Part shown: one piece after another, positions 12,275 to 24,960 of the stretch | Layout of the letters: each line of letters starts with the position of its first letter | Position numbering within the stretch: position 1 is the stretch's first letter | Assembly (NCBI RefSeq): GCF_964213995.1 | Contig: NC_135804.1 | Span: forward strand, 90,830,001 to 90,894,000 | DNA length: 64,000 nucleotides | Direction of reading: 5' to 3' | Source of the DNA: Mustelus asterias | Taxonomy: Eukaryota | The notes under the pieces: model-generated | What the model was told of the DNA's origin: nothing | The model's input: the letters and a program-made list of their open reading frames with translations, nothing else | Database searches by the model: none | Translations under genes and position numbers: made by a program

Positions 12275-12610
12275 GATGAGGCTTAGCTTTCCTATGTTGG
12301 GACCTACGTTGACACTTCCTATATCTGCATTTTATATTGAAATATAATTTCTCCTGGTGTGGACTCCTCACACCTTTTAATTTCTTTTGCCTTTTCTCAA
12401 ATGCCTTTGTTCTTTGGTCATTGCCTCAGAGAACATTTACATCATTGACTGGTCTCCAGCTTTTCAGATCACAAGCATCTTTCATGGCTACTTAAGGACT
12501 ATTATATTTTTTTTAGCTTTCAGTTCTGACAAAGGGGTATACCCGAGACATTAGTCTAATCTCTTTCTTTAGCAGATGCTGACAGACTACTTAACATTTT
12601 GCTGTTTTTA
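12275..12610 (+). mobile_element. Penelope-like element 3' remnant / pseudo-LTR
   Basis: Ends with ttctgacaaaggggtatacccgagacatt...cagatgctgacagac, resembling the terminal repeat at 34720-34870 (minus). Confidence 0.5.
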
Positions 12611-13270
12611 TATCATAATGATGAAGGAAGCAGGCACACAAGGCCTCAGTGCACTCTCACAAAAGGCAATTACATTAATTACATTAATTGCATAATGGCA
12701 GTGAACTGAATGTAATTCCACAATTAATTTGGCGCACTGAATGAACTTTACCAACCTCAAAAAAAATTCCCATGTTTGACATTTGCAAAAATGAATACCT
12801 GAGATTTTTAAATAAATTGACAAATAATTAAATTAAGAAATGCAGAGTTGAAAATTTTGGGAAGTACAACACGTTAGGCTGGTTTATGTTCGACCACAGG
12901 AATTTTATGAGATTGTACAATATCAGATATATTTGATCCAAAACAGCAAAATTATGATGAATAATGGACTCATTACAATTCTAATGATGAAAGGATTTAA
13001 TACCACATTATCACCAAATCTATTTCCACCTGTTGCTTGATAGATTAACTCAGAACAATATTCCTTTTATTCTTTGTCCAACTCAAAATGATGGTAGTGC
13101 AGTGGTACTTGTATAAGAACCTGTGATACTTTGCCAGTCTGTGTATATATAGCCGACAATTTCACACTGCCAGATCTGGAAAATATATGTATGCATGGAA
13201 GAGACGTACAATAGAAATTTCCTCAGTGCTCTCCAACTTTGCAAATAAAAGGGCTTTCTGCTGAAGCATA

Positions 13271-14426
13271 GGGGGCAATTTTCCCATCCTGACATTTTTG
13301 GCACATCGAGATGGGAGAATCGTGTGTTGGCCATTTTGCGGGATTTGTGCATGCGTTCCCGACGCATGCATGTCTCTCAGAGCCGGAGAACAGACGCAGT
13401 CAGGATCGCACTGGAAACCGGTGGGAAGACCAAGGCAAGTCATTTAAATCATTTTTTAATGCATTTTAAATCTCATTATCGGGGCAGGCATGGAATTCTC
13501 TGGGCCTGATAGCATTTCCCACCCCGTCAGGAGTATTTCACTCCGGCGGGGTTTAGAGTAGCTCCCCACTTGTGGGGAACTAGTGGGATACCCCGCTGGA
13601 GTGAAGGGGAGCAATCAGGGCCCCCAAGGGGGTCAGGCGGTGGGGGGGTGGTGCCTCCTGGGCATGGGCACCCTGGCAGTGCCAGCCTGTGCCCCCTGGC
13701 ATTGTCCAAGGGGCAAAGAGCCCATGCCCAGGGGGTACCTTGGCACTGCCCACCGGGCATCGGGTTGCCAAGGGAGCGGGGCCTTGGGGCAGGACCTATT
13801 ATGGGCGTGGTCATGGGGGCGATCAATGGGAGTGGGGGTCCCGTTGTCACTTTGCAATTGGGATCAGTTGGGACTGGAGGGAGGCCAGTGATCGGGGCGG
13901 GCTGGGAAGGTAGTCTGCGGGGGTTGGGGTGGGGGGAGGGGGGGGGGGTGGTGTCTGCCTCCCGGGGGGTGGTCTGCTGGGAGGGGTCTGCCAGGGTGAG
14001 GGGTTGGCCACTCCTGGAGGGGGGTGGGGGGGGGAGGGCTGAAGATTGGGGCGCTCCGGGATGGGGGGGGGGGGAGGGGCGGAATGGAGAAGTTAGAGCT
14101 GGCCCGGGAATGCTTGTGGGGCAACGATCGGGCCATGGCAGGCTGGGGGGGAGGCAGCAGTGTGAGGGTCCTCGGCTGGTCAGCGATCGAGCTGACCAGC
14201 AAACGGGGAGACTGACAGATCGGGGCCACTGCGCATGCGTAGAGTTCCAGAACTGTCAGACTCTGGCGTGAATAGACTCCACCCCCTGAGCGTTTAATTA
14301 TATTCCCGATTGTGATCTCTGCATTGCACAGAGTGGGGAGATTCGGGTCTGAAGTTGAACTGAAAAAGCAGTTGTGATTTACACCAGTTTTCTTGCCAAT
14401 TCAGCACTTTTGGGAGAATCGCCCCC
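13271..14426. mobile_element. ~1.15-kb GC-rich non-autonomous DNA transposon (PIF/Harbinger-like MITE)
   Basis: TIRs gggggcaattttccca / tgggagaatcgccccc and 3-bp TSD ATA. G-run-rich interior. Homologous to 15585-16583. Confidence 0.8.
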
Positions 14427-14979
14427 ATAGAAACTAGAAGCAGGAGTAGGCGATTCGGCCTTATTGATCATGGCTGATTAGCGAATTCGATATCCTGATC
14501 CCCCTTTCCCCCCCTGCCAAATCTCTTGATCCCTTTAGCCCCAAAAGCTATATCTAATTTCTTCTTGAAATCGGACGTTTTGGCCTTCCATAGGGTTTAC
14601 AGCAATGGACTGGAGATGTTCGAAGGATATTCCTGGCCAGAGATGGAATAAATGGTCTTTTGAGGGAAGGTTTAGAAATAGTAATGAAGCTTGAAAGGTT
14701 GTCTCCTCCTGCAGCCATGTGAGTGCCCCTCCAGCAAGTTACTTACAAACATATGAAATAGGAGCAGAGGTAGGCCATTCAGCCCCTTAGGTCTGAGGAT
14801 ATGTTTGCATTACACTCCATATTCCCATCAACCCTTGATAACCTTTGATTCATTTGCCTACCACAAATCTATCTACCACTGCTATAAAAGTATTCATTGA
14901 CCCCACCTCCACCATCTTCTGAGGCAAAATTCCAAAGTCACACAACCCGCTGAGAGATAAAAACTCTCCTCACTTCACT

Positions 14980-15292
14980 GGGCAGCACGGTGGCACAGTG
15001 GTTAACACTGCTGCCTCACAGTTCCAGGGACCCAGGTTCAATTCCGGCCTTGGGTCACTGTCAGTGTGGAATTTTTACATTCTCCCATGTCTGCGTGAGT
15101 GCTCCGGTTTCCTCCCACAGTCCAAAGATGCGCGGGTTAGGTTGATTGGCCATGCTAAATTGACCCGAGTGTCAGGGGGATAAGCTGGGTAAACACATGG
15201 TGTTACGGTAATAAGGTCTGGATGGGATTGTGGTCGGTACAAGCTCGATGGGCCGAATGGCCTCCTTCTGTACTGTAGAGATTCTATGATTT
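14980..15292 (+). mobile_element. HE1/V-SINE-like element
   Basis: gggcagcacggtggcacagtggttaacactgctgcc head and attctatgat tail. Confidence 0.9.
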
Positions 15293-15584
15293 TGTCCAAA
15301 ATGGGCAACCCTTAATTTTAAAACCGTGTCCACAATTCTGGACTCACCCACAAGAGGAAACATCCTTTTCACATCCACCTTGTCAATACCGTTCAGGATC
15401 TTATAGACTTCAATCAAGTCACCCCTCACTCTTCTAAACAACAGTGGAAACAAGGCCAGCATGTCTAACCTTTCCTCACACGACAACCCGCTCATTCCAG
15501 GCATTAATCTAGTAAACCTCCTCTGAACTGCCTCCAATGCATTTATATCTCTCCTTAAACAAGGAGACCAAAACTGCACATAAT

Positions 15585-16583
15585 GGCCGCGACCAGCAAC
15601 CTGCAACAACCCGTGGTGGGAGATGCGCATCACTGACCTTGTTCCGGGATTTGTGTATGCGCAGGGAACACACGTGCATCTCCCAGAGCCGGCGAACAGT
15701 CGCCGGTCAGACCAGACTGGAAACCGATGGGAAGGCAGGTAAGTAATTTGAATCTTTTAAAAATGTATTTTAAATATGTTTTCAATGTGATTATCGGGAA
15801 CTTTCAGGTCCCGATTGAATCTCCCACCCCGCCAGGAGTACTTCATTCTGGCAGGGTTTAGACTAGCTCCCCACGTTTGGTGAGTTAGTGGGAGACCCCG
15901 CTAGAATGAAGGGGAGGAATCGTGGCCCCCCAGGGGCTCGGGTGGCAGGGGGGCCCTGGGCATGGGCACCATGGCAGTGCCAGCCTGTGCCCTTGGCATT
16001 GCCCAAGGGGCAAAGTGCCCATGCCCAGGGGGCACCTTGGTGCTGCCCACTGGGCATCGGCCAGTGCCAAGGGGGTGCGGCCTATTGTGGGCGGGCCTAT
16101 GGGCGACCGGTGGGGGTCGGGGATCCCGCTGCCACTCTGCAGACGGGATCGGTCTGGGATAGAGGGAGGGAAGTGATTGGGGTGGTCTGGGGGAGTGGGT
16201 GGTCTGCCGGGGAGTGGGGGGTGGGGGGGGATCGCCACTGCTGGGGGGTGGGGCCTGGGCATCAGGGTGCTCCAGGACGGGGGGTTCAGGGCTGGCCCGG
16301 GAATTGTTGTGGGGGCCATGATCGGACCATGGGGAGGGCTGGAGGAGCGGCCCAGCAAACGGGGTGTCTGACAGATCGGGATCACTGCGCATGTGCAGAG
16401 TTCCAGAACTGTCAGACTCTGGTGTGAATTATCCCCGCCCCCTTGGGTTTTTAATGAGATTCATGACTGGGACCTCTGCAGTGCACAGAGTGGGGAGGTT
16501 CAGGTGAGAAGCTGAACTGAGAAAACAGTCGGGATCTAGAACAGTTTTCCCACCAATTCAGCACTTTTGGGAGAATTGTGGCC
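15585..16583. mobile_element. Second copy of the GC-rich MITE
   Basis: Ends ggccgcga... / ...gggagaattgtggcc with 3-bp TSD AAT (15582-15584 and 16584-16586). Colinear with 13271-14426. Confidence 0.8.
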
Positions 16584-17884
16584 AATATTCAAGATGTGGC
16601 CTCATCAATGCCCTTTATAACTGAAGCATAGCATCCTACTTTTACATTCAATTCCTCTTGTAATAAAGCATAGTATTTCATTAGTCTTCTTAATTATTTG
16701 CTGTACCTGCATACTAACCTTTTGTGACTCATGCACGGGAACATCGAGATTCCTCGGCATCTTAGAATTCTGCAGTTGTTCTCCATTTAAGTAATACTCT
16801 ATTATTCTGTTCATGCTGCCGAAATAAACAACACCATATTTTCCCACATTATACTCCATCAACCAGCTTTCTGTCCATTCACTCAACCTATCTACATCTG
16901 TCTACAACCTCCTTATACCCACTTCACAACATACTTTCCTACCTATCTTTGTGTAATTTAGCTACCATGCCTTCACTTCCCTCATCGAAGCCATTGATAT
17001 AAATTGTAAAACGTTGAGGCCCCAGCTCAGGCCCCTTCATCACGTTTTGCTAATCAGAAAAAGATGCACTTATGCATAGTCTGCTTTCTGCCAACCAGCC
17101 AATCTTCTGTCCATGGGAATATGTTACCTTCTACACCATGAGTTTTCATTTTTATTTGCAGCATTGTAACTTACAAAAAAAAGTTACAGTTGATTTGGGA
17201 AACCAATTATCAGGAGCAGAGGAGAACATCGGAATTTTGGCAATAAAGATTAAAGTTAGTACCTTCAACTCTTTAGCACTGCAGTATAATTAGGAACCCA
17301 TTAACTGTCAGTATTCAAATGTGAACTGGTAAATCAGCACTTAAGTAACGTACAAGATAAGACGAATAAGTTGCTCATAGTTAATTACTCATGTGTCAGG
17401 AGCAGCCTTTCCGAAGGTTGCTGTTTAATGACATACTGGTTATACAGCTGTATGTACTTAACAAATTAAACCTAGCTTCCATCTCCTTTGTCATTCCTGC
17501 ACCAAAACATAAAGCAGTAACAGGCAAGAAATGATGGAGGATGCCCAGGGAGCAGGAACAAATCAGCAGTAAGCTTGACATCTGCTAGGGCACATTGACA
17601 CAGTTTGCCTTTTATCACTGATGCAAAAATTGGTTGCCAGGGCCGAACGGTATGGATGTGTTGATATGACAGAAGATACCATTCATCCATTTGCATTGCA
17701 CTACAGTCCCCCCTATTGAGTGACAAAGAAGGCTAAGAGAAGAGGATGTGGAAAGTCAGCACTCTGTGATCTGTGGGAGAGCAGACTTGAGATTACTAAT
17801 CTGAGTAAAATGTCAATCTATTTGATGTCCCAGCCTCATGAAAGCAGATCAAATGACCGAGTCCAGAGGCTGTAGAACTCCAGA

Positions 17885-18237
17885 GGCATGGTAGCAGGGT
17901 GGTTAGCACTGCTGCCTCACAGCTTCAGGGATCTGGGTTCAATTCCGGCCTTGGGTGACTGTATGGAGTTTGCACATTCTCCTTGAGTCCGTGTGGGTTC
18001 CCTCCAGGTGCTCTGGTTTCCTCTCACAGTCCAAAGATACGCAGGTTAGGTGGATTAGGAGCCATGCTAATTTACCCCTTAGTGTCCAAAGATGTGCAGG
18101 TTAGATGAGTTAACCATGGTAAACATCTGGGTTTACAGGGATAGAGTGGGGAGAGGACTGGGTTAGGTACTCTGTCAGAGAGCTAGTGCAAACTTGATGG
18201 GCCGAATGGCCATTTCTGCACTGTGGGGATTCTATGA
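17885..18237 (+). mobile_element. HE1/V-SINE-like element
   Basis: Head, core and CR1-like tail (gggattctatga) are all present. Confidence 0.85.
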
Positions 18238-19044
18238 ATAGTATTTCTAAGGGATGCCAGTACAGGTTCAGCAGCAATAGGCCATGAAATGAGAACACAA
18301 CTTCCTGGTTGACTCCACAGTATGGATGTCATGGTGAGAACCAAATGGAGGCCTGGAGTTGTGCAAAGTTGTGGAGATTCTGTTCCTTATCCACAACAGT
18401 ATCAGGACCCCAAGGCCGGAGGTTGCACCCATTCCTGGCAGTTCCTAATGTTATCAGTGGGGGAAAGGGGGCAAGATTCACATATGGGGAAAATGTGAAT
18501 TCAGTATAGCCATTAGAGCCAGTGCTGAGTTCAAACAAACCCCATTTTCACTGAAGCAAGATCCATTTCCTGCAGTGTATGACTTATGATTTTTAAGGTA
18601 GACATGAATGTGCCGAAAAGATGGATGTTACGTGGAGCTGTCAAACTGTCCAGTCATTTAATCCCATGCTCCTTAACATTTGAAAAAAAGGTCTTTGAGT
18701 TGAAAGAAAATTGTCCTTGCAATTTCATTAGCTGTTTGCTGACATAACCCTGGCTGCTACCGCTATAATATTATTATTATTGCTTGACTGTTTCCACAAC
18801 CTGACATAATCACAGTGGAGCTTATTTAAGTTCATAGTTTGACTAACAGCTTAAATAGGTTATTAAGGGATCAGCTGTCTTTGATGTTGGATGAAGCACA
18901 CAAATGTTTAAGGGATTAAGTACTTGATAACATTTAATTTCATTGAATGGACTTTTATCAAAGAGAGAGTTATTTTATCCTTTGAAGTCTATAATACATA
19001 CTTCAAACTTCATTTTATTTAACCTAGGCATGACGTCTGAGGTC

Positions 19045-19255
19045 TGCCCATGTGGTGCAGATATGGAATGAGCTGCCAGAGGGGGTGTAGAGACAGGAAC
19101 ACTAACAAAATTTAAAAGGCATTTGGACAGGTAAATGGATGGAAAGGTTTAGGGGGACATGGGCCAAATGCAGGCAAATGGGACTAGCTCAGCTTAGTGG
19201 GCAGCCTGGATGAGTTGGGCTGAAGGGCCTGTTTCCATGCTGTATATCTCTATGA
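19045..19255 (+). mobile_element. CR1 3' end fragment
   Basis: tggaatgagctgccagag...gggcctgtttccatgctgtatatctctatgact. Confidence 0.75.
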
Positions 19256-19599
19256 CTCCATGTTGAATTCTGGGTGAGTTGGATTGCAGAGTGTAAGGGC
19301 AAAGTGTGGTGGTTGGGGGGAATGGTTGGTATGAGTTGGCACAAAGTTGACACAGGTACTATAAGGCACCATGAGTATGAGGGGAGGTCGTGTGTCGGTC
19401 GGCATGAGATGTAGGAATGTGTGGGGGTCATGGGTTGGCATGTAGTCTATCACTGTCGATAATGGTGTGTAGAGGAGCATGGCTTGGCTATGGGTAGGAA
19501 TTGGGTGAAAGCATGAGTTGGCATTGAAGAAGCATGTGGGGGTTGTGAGGAGGGGTGTGAGGGTCTAACAATGGACAAAGTTCCACAGCACTGAGATTT

Positions 19600-19959
19600 T
19601 TAAAAAAAATTCGTTCTTGGGATATGGATGCCTCTGGCTAGGCCACTATTTGTTGCCCATCCTAATTGTCCTTGAGAAGGTAATGGGGAAGTTCTGTCTT
19701 TAACCATTTCAGTCCAAGTAGTGTAGGTACACTCACACTGATGTCAGGGAGGAAGTTCCAGGATTTCGACCTAGTGGCATCGAAGGAATAGTGATGCATT
19801 TCCAAGTCAGGATGGTGAGTGGCTTGGAGGGAAAGTTTCAGGTGGTGGCATTTCCTTGTGGCTGTTCCCTTGTTCTTCTTGATGGCAACAGTTGTGGGTA
19901 TGAAAGGTACTGTCTAAGGAGCCTTGGTGAGTTCCTGCAGTACATCTTGTAGATGGCAC
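19600..19959 (-). mobile_element. 3' end of a CR1/L2-group LINE (second family)
   Basis: Family tail gctaggccactatttgttgcccatcc...; the same family occurs at 33055-33510 and 53085-54310. Confidence 0.65.
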
Positions 19960-20875
19960 TGTTAGGAAAATAAAGGTAGTTTTAGGGGATTTATATTTGT
20001 ATTGGTAAACAATAGAAATAAGGTGTTGTTTTAAGGGGTTTAATTTAATGTTTCTATGTAAGGAAGGCTAAACTTATCATTAGATTTGTGCTAGACAAAG
20101 GTATTTGTATGTGTGGAGTTTTTGGCTTCATATGGAGCTGTGCTTCTATTGTGCTTAGTAGGGAAAGTTAAAGTGTGAAGAGTAAGTAGGACCTTGCAGA
20201 TGTAGTAGTCATTGCTTAGCACCTGGTGATCTTTCAAAGTGGAAAGGCTTAACTGGAAGCCAGGGCAGTTGACGATAAGACACCGGACTGTGAACATCTC
20301 TCAATTCTGACAGAAGAAAGACTGGGCAGGACAAAGGAGCTGTGAAGAGGCAGACTTCCCAAAGAACCAGACAAAGTCCAGATGACCAGGGAATTGGGGT
20401 GGAAAGAATATCTTAGGAAGACTGAAATGTAGAAAGCAGTGACCAAGAAATTTGTCAGAGGAAAATTCAAGGGAAAGGCAGATAAAATGTTATGTGAAAG
20501 TGACAGCTGTAGTAACCAGAATTAATGTAGGCAATCAGCTAAATCAAAAGTTTGATGCCATCTTAATAAATCTGTGAATCAATAGTTAAAGCAATTATGA
20601 ACAGTTTGTATAACAGTCAAGACAAAAAAATCCTGAAGGGGTCATTGTAAGGCCTAGATGCCGGATTCTTCATTAACAGTGGAGAAAAGCTTTGTTTAAA
20701 AGAATCATTTAGAAACCTGGACTGGATTTTAGAATGCAAACTGGTGGTGGAAAGCATTTTTGCGAAAAAAGATTTTTAAAGTGTATTTTTTGGAAGTGGG
20801 GCTTGGAAACTTTCATATGACAATCACCCGGGGGGCATTCTGAGGAGCAATTCACATACATTAACTTGAGTGTGT
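19960..20875 (+). mobile_element. Probable LTR fragment
   Basis: Starts abruptly with TGTTAGG where the LINE breaks off. Non-coding. Adjacent to a Gypsy internal relic. No paired LTR seen. Confidence 0.4.
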
Positions 20876-20879
20876 TTAC

Positions 20880-22210
20880 TGCAGATACCATTGCTGAAAC
20901 CCATTTTGTGGCATCGCCTGTAGGAGTTGTGTCATCGAATGTTGTCATCCCATGGAGCTCATTAACATCTTTCTGCTTCATGGTGACTAATACTATTTTC
21001 GGAGCACAAACTATTGGTGAACCAAATCATCCAGCCTCATGTGGTATGCAACTGGTAGCTTACCAATGATGTCACAGTTGAAGAAGTCTCTTTATGCTGT
21101 CATCTCGAGGGCTTGGTGATGTAGACCATTCACTTCTGGACCAAACTGAATGACCCCAATGCAATGCTGTCCCAAAGTCCGAATAAAGGCTTTACATTCT
21201 GGTCAACTGCATGCAATTTGAAATTTCCATGTGTGGAGGGCTGCCACAACTTCAGTGTGCACTGTCTGTCTGCCATAAGCAACAAGGTCCGCCTGGGTGC
21301 TGGAATCTGGTGCTGCATAAGGGTCTATTTCCTGTCATCTTGGCTGGATAGTGCGTTATCCTTCACGCCACTGTCAACCTGAACTTTGAGTCTGGCATTA
21401 CAGTTAATAATGCTGAGCATAGTGAAGATCTCACTCTTTCCTGTGACATTGTCAACACCGTTGTGACAGAGTGTTGTTGTTGGCTCTGCAGTTTCACAGC
21501 TTTGGTTGAACTCCAATTTGTTCACCTTACTGACCCCTGGAGGATCAAATCGCTGCCATGTTGCTGATGACAGAGGAGGGTTGCTATAGTTTAGATCTGC
21601 AGCCTTTAACAAAATGGCTCCATTTCCCCCATTCATTGATAGACATGTGTTCAATTCCACAAACCTGAAAACAGATGAGTCAATACAATCTTACGTAGCC
21701 ACCCTAAAAGTATTGGCAAAGAAATATTCATTTGGAACTCCCGCTGATGACATAATCAGAGAGCAAGTAGTTTTTTTATTCATTTGTGGGACATTTGTGG
21801 GTGTCGCTGGCTGGCCAGCATTTATTGCCCATCCCTGGTTGCCCTTGGAGGGCAGTTGAGAGTCAGCCACATTGCTGTGGCTCCAGAGTGACATGTAGGC
21901 CACACCGTGTAAGGGCAGCAGCTTTCCTTCCCTAAAGGACATTAGTGAACCAGATAGGTTTGGGGAATACATAGTGATTTAGTCTGCAGTGAGAAAAAGA
22001 CTTAACGTTACAAGCAGCCATCAATATCTGAATGTTAAATGAGCAATCAGAGAACTGAAGCAGAGACTTTATGTGGGAAACTGAGGTATTCACAGTACAG
22101 GGGACGCCAAGCTCCAACTGTAGCAGCCAGCACCCAGCAAACAGAACAGCTTGTTTTGCATATGGCAAAAGATGCAATAAATGCAGGAAATGGAACCATT
22201 TTGCTAGCTT
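20880..22210. mobile_element. Ty3/Gypsy gag-protease-RT relic with internal inversion
   Basis: Minus strand 21626-20880: VDSG protease-like motif, DQNVKPLFGL and TKWVSAMV. Plus strand 21630-22207: gag-like RHVFNS..DESIQSYVATLKVLAKKYSFG..DDIIREQVV and zinc-knuckle CNKCRKWNHFA. Confidence 0.7.
21770..21963 (-). mobile_element. SINE/LINE 3' tail inserted in the Gypsy gag
   Basis: gctggccagcatttattgcccatccct...ggacattagtgaaccagat, complementary to the tail at 23020-23190. Confidence 0.75.
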
Positions 22211-22234
22211 CACTAGGTTGACACCTCATTTTTA

Positions 22235-23660
22235 GGCATGCTCTTAGAATGTCCTCCTACATTCTTCATTGAACCAGGGTTTATTCCCTGGCTTGGTGAT
22301 AATGGTAGAGTGGGGGATATGCCAGATTATGAGTTACAGATTGTGGTTGAGTACAACTCTGCTGTTGTTGATGGCCCACAGCGCCTCATGGCTTCCCAGA
22401 CTTGAGCTGCAAGATCTGTTTGAAATCTGTCCCATTTAGCATAGTGGTCATTCCACACAACGCAATAGAGACTATCCTTAAAATGAAGACGGGATGTTGT
22501 TTCCACAAGGACTGTGCAGTGGTCACTCCTATTGATATTGTCATGGACAGATGTGTCTACAGCATGCAGTTTGGTGAGGATTGGGTTAAGTTTTTTCTCT
22601 CTTCTTGGCTCCCTCACCACCTCCCACAGATCCAGTCTTGAAGCTATGTCCTTTAATATGTGGCCAGCTGAGACTGTCATGTTGCTACCGAACCATTCTA
22701 GGTGATTGACATTAAAGTGTTAAACTTTAGGGGTGAATGTGTGAATGAATATTAAAGTCTCCCATCTAGAGTATATACTGTGCCCTTTCCACCCTCAGTG
22801 CTCCCACCAAATGGTTTTCGACATGGAGGAGTACTGATTCATCAGCTGAGGGGGGATGTTACAGATGTGATGACCTTGTGGTATCATCACTTGACTATTA
22901 ATCCAGAAACTCAGCTAATGGTCGAATTGTACCATGGCGGATAGTGGAAAAGAATATCTGAAATTAAGAATCTACTGATGACCATGAAACCATTATCAAT
23001 AGTTGGAAAATCCCATCTGGTTCACTAATGTCCTTTAGGGAAGGAAATCTGCCATCCTTACCTGGTCTGGCCTCCATGTGACTCCTGAGCTACAGCAATG
23101 TGGTTGACTCTCAACTGCCCTCTGGCAACTAGGGATGAGCAATAAATGCTGGCCAGCCAGCAATGCCCGTGTCCGACGAATGAATAAAAACAATCATCAG
23201 GTATATTCCTTGCCCATATTTGACCTGATATCATGAGACTTCATGAAATCCAGAGCTAATGTTGAGGATTTCCAGGGCAACTCCCTTTTGACTGTATTTC
23301 ACTGTGCCACCACCTCTGCTGCGTCGGAACGTTTAGACACAAGAATGGTGATGGTGGTGCCTGGGACATTATCTGTAAGGTATGATCCTGTGAGGATGAC
23401 TATGCCAGGCTGCTGCTTGACTGGTCAGTGAAGCAACTCTCCAAATTTTGGCACAGGTCCCCAGATGTTAATGAGGTTGAATTTACAGGGTTGACAGGGC
23501 TGGCTTTGCTGTTATCATTTCCAGTGCCACCGGCTAGTCCACCAAGTTTCACTCCTTTTCGACTTTTTAGCAGTTGATACAACTGAGAGGTTTGTTAGGC
23601 CACTTCAGAGGATGCTTAAGAGTCAAGCACATGGACTGGACTCACGTGTAAGCTAAACTG
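22235..23660 (-). mobile_element. LINE endonuclease-region relic
   Basis: ORF 22327-22680 contains VVREP.R....ILT and the SDH motif of an APE endonuclease. Interrupted by the SINE at 22872-23190. Confidence 0.7.
22872..23190 (+). mobile_element. SINE sharing its 3' tail with the second LINE family
   Basis: gtggtatcatcacttgactattaatccagaaac head and ...ggccagccagcaatgccc...gaatgaataaaaa tail. Relatives at 23660-23890 (-) and 29095-29340 (+). Confidence 0.7.
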
Positions 23661-24429
23661 GTAAGGACTGCAGGCAGACTTCCTTCTCTGAAGTGCAGAT
23701 TGTTTTTGCATTAGCCCATGATAGTTTCATTGTAGCCATTCCTGAAGTTAGCTTACAATAACAGATTTTATGAATTGAATTTAAATTCCACCAGCTTTCA
23801 TGGTGGGATTTGAACCTGTACCCACAGAGCATTAGCCTGTGTTGCAAGATTACTGGACCAATGGCATCACCATTACGCCACCACCTCCCCCAAGGTTCAG
23901 CATCCAACTGATTTGACATACTCAGAAAAAAGGGGAAAACAACTAGATGTACCATTGGTGCCAAGCACATGCCAGATCATTAGCTCTAAACTAGGTTGCC
24001 ATGCTCAGGAGACAAGAGACACCCACAGTGTTAGACTTTAGGGGTGAATGTGGGAATAAATAATCCTCTTTATTTAAACCCATAAAAGCCTGCTGCTGAT
24101 GACTTAAATTGACCACACACTCAGCAGGTGGCAAACACGTCTTCTCTAAAAAGAACACTGATTATGGATATTAAGTGAAAGGAATTGGGGACTCAGATCT
24201 CTCTCATCCCTACGTGTAACAGTGGAGGAAAGCAGGAAAGCAAACTCAGCAGCTCACAGACTCTCATACGGTTTTGTTGGACTGACTGTAGCTCCCTGAA
24301 TAGCATTTTAAAAAGCAGCTAAAACAGATGCTACAGGACCCTCATGATTTTTCATCAGCTAAAGTGATGTAAATAGACGGAAGGAAAATGCCAAACTATT
24401 GATTTCATTCCCCTGAATTGTATTAAATT

Positions 24430-24960
24430 ATGACAAGAGTGCAAATATACCAATCAGTAAAAGTTGTGCCAAAGGTTAACAAGACCATGAAATAAGCAAA
24501 CCAAGGCTATATTTCCAGAGGAATAAATTTTTTTAAGTAGGAACATTGTGCTAAGCATGTATGGAACCATAGTCAGGCCATACTGCATGCAGTTCTGGTC
24601 ACCATGTTATAAAAGGTATATGGGGTCACAAAGAAAGATTCATAGAAGATTGATAAGGATGAAAGCAGAAATATGTTGATATACTTATCTGGAAAGGATT
24701 GACAGGTTGAGTCGCTTTTCTCTTGAAAAAAAAAGGCTGAACAGTGACCTAAAAGAGGACTTAAATGTTTTGCAATGTTTTGATAGAATGGACACTGAGA
24801 ATATTTCCTCCTGAATTCATAACTGCAGCCCATCAATGTAAGATTGTTACCAAGAATTCCAATGGGGAACTCAGAAGCAACCTTAACAGTGGTGAGAATG
24901 TGGAACTCATAGGGAGTGGTTGAAGTGAATAGTCTCTCTTTTAAGTTTTCCCGTTTTAAG
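24430..24960 (+). mobile_element. Ancient CR1 fragment
   Basis: Degenerate VRP..VQFWSP and later ORF2 motifs (gcagttctggtcacc). Confidence 0.55.

Larger units (their letters stand above)
14745..17165 (-). mobile_element. Older CR1 LINE relic hosting a SINE and a MITE
   Basis: Pieces 14745-14980, 15293-15584 and 16584-17165 translate to consecutive CR1 ORF2 segments (VQFWSP..ALEAVQRRFTRLMPG; W.E.WLMEYNVGK). Confidence 0.8.

Noticed and set aside
13527-16427. Many overlapping Gly/Pro-rich ORFs
   Set aside because: Artefact of GC-rich MITE interiors that lack stop codons. The frames are not preserved between the two copies.
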